Below, one piece after another: positions 63,495-64,000 of a stretch of 64,000 nucleotides of DNA. The stretch is taken from IMG/VR virus record IMGVR_UViG_2636416187_000004, positions 1 to 64,000 of that record. One strand, given 5' to 3'. The notes under the pieces were generated by a model. The model searched no databases, was not told the origin of the DNA, and saw only the letters and a list, made by a program, of their open reading frames with translations. Position numbers and translations under genes: made by a program. Within the stretch, counting starts at the first letter, position 1. Each line of letters begins with the position of its first letter. This DNA comes from a virus. Taxonomy: Duplodnaviria > Caudoviricetes.

Positions 63495-64000
63495 TCTATC
63501 CAGGCGTTCTGAACGCAGTTGTCTCCGCCCTCGCGGCCGAGGCGATCGACAACACCAGCAAACAGGCATGGCAGAAGCTGTACAACTCTGCCGACGAGGA
63601 GGAGGGCGGTGATCTGGCGACACTGGTTCGCTCCCGTGGTGCCGACACCATCGACCGCACGCAGGTGGACTGCTGGGTGTCTGCTCGTTTGCACAGTGCG
63701 CTCGAGCAGAAGCACTGGGATGCGCTGGTGGCGAAGTACAGCACCCACAAGGGGCGCAAGGTGCAGGCCATCTCTGCGTTGCAGACCCTCATCTACACCC
63801 CGGCCCCGAAGCTGTTCCTGTTCAAGGCGACCACTGCTTGGGCTATCCCGCAGTTGAAGGGCGCGCGGCCGAAGGTGGCCACGTCCGTATCCGTCGAGAT
63901 CCCGCTCGATGCGCCCGAGTGGCGCCGCGAAGCAGTGGTGAAGGCTGCGCTGGCAGCAGGCCAAGCCAAGGCGAAGAGAGACGAATCACGATCGGCCGAC
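63491..64000 (+). CDS. Probable late regulator in the Q position, truncated by the window edge
   Basis: Open frame MIYPGVLNAVV... coupled to ninG; function from synteny only. Confidence 0.55.
   Translation, partial: MIYPGVLNAVVSALAAEAIDNTSKQAWQKLYNSADEEEGGDLATLVRSRGADTIDRTQVDCWVSARLHSALEQKHWDALVAKYSTHKGRKVQAISALQTLIYTPAPKLFLFKATTAWAIPQLKGARPKVATSVSVEIPLDAPEWRREAVVKAALAAGQAKAKRDESRSAD

Larger units (their letters stand above)
41851..64000. mobile_element. Prophage 2, left half (continues beyond the window)
   Basis: att-int-xis-early-cI/cro-replication-nin order. Confidence 0.92.

Noticed and set aside
1-64000. CRISPR array, retron/DGR reverse transcriptase, IS transposase or rRNA
   Set aside because: No regularly spaced repeat-spacer units and no RT or transposase motifs were found in the ORF set by eye.

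Overview
The whole window is two lambdoid prophages in tandem, most likely in a Pseudomonas chromosome (inferred from gene content and the tRNA fragment). They are joined at a 48-bp 3' fragment of tRNA-Pro(GGG) at 41851-41898. Prophage 1 (1-~41900) appears nearly complete: int/xis, early-left operon, cI/cro with TTACC-N4-GGTAA operators, an antirepressor with an upstream LexA box, replication genes with iterons, a second tyrosine recombinase, Q, holin, HK97-type head, lambda-type tail, endolysin and spanins. Prophage 2 (~41900 to the window end) is represented by its left half: int/xis, early-left operon, recombination genes, a different cI/cro with TTTAGC-N5-GCTAAA operators, cII-like gene, BRO antirepressor, replication and nin genes. 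Both carry AT-rich counter-oriented cargo genes (HEPN, McrA-like HNH, DUF2971, membrane and lipoproteins) next to short leader hairpins that are identical between the two phages. The most unusual signals are: a ~700-bp cluster of structured non-coding elements in prophage 2 that includes a 149-nt tRNA-shaped, CCA-ending RNA; RNA motifs with covarying stems shared by both phages; an antisense promoter/terminator/hairpin module on two unrelated antirepressor genes; and three dispersed copies of an 'LKDxDSAK...NSxGxYxGF' envelope domain. All product calls come from motif recognition and gene order. No database search or folding program was run.
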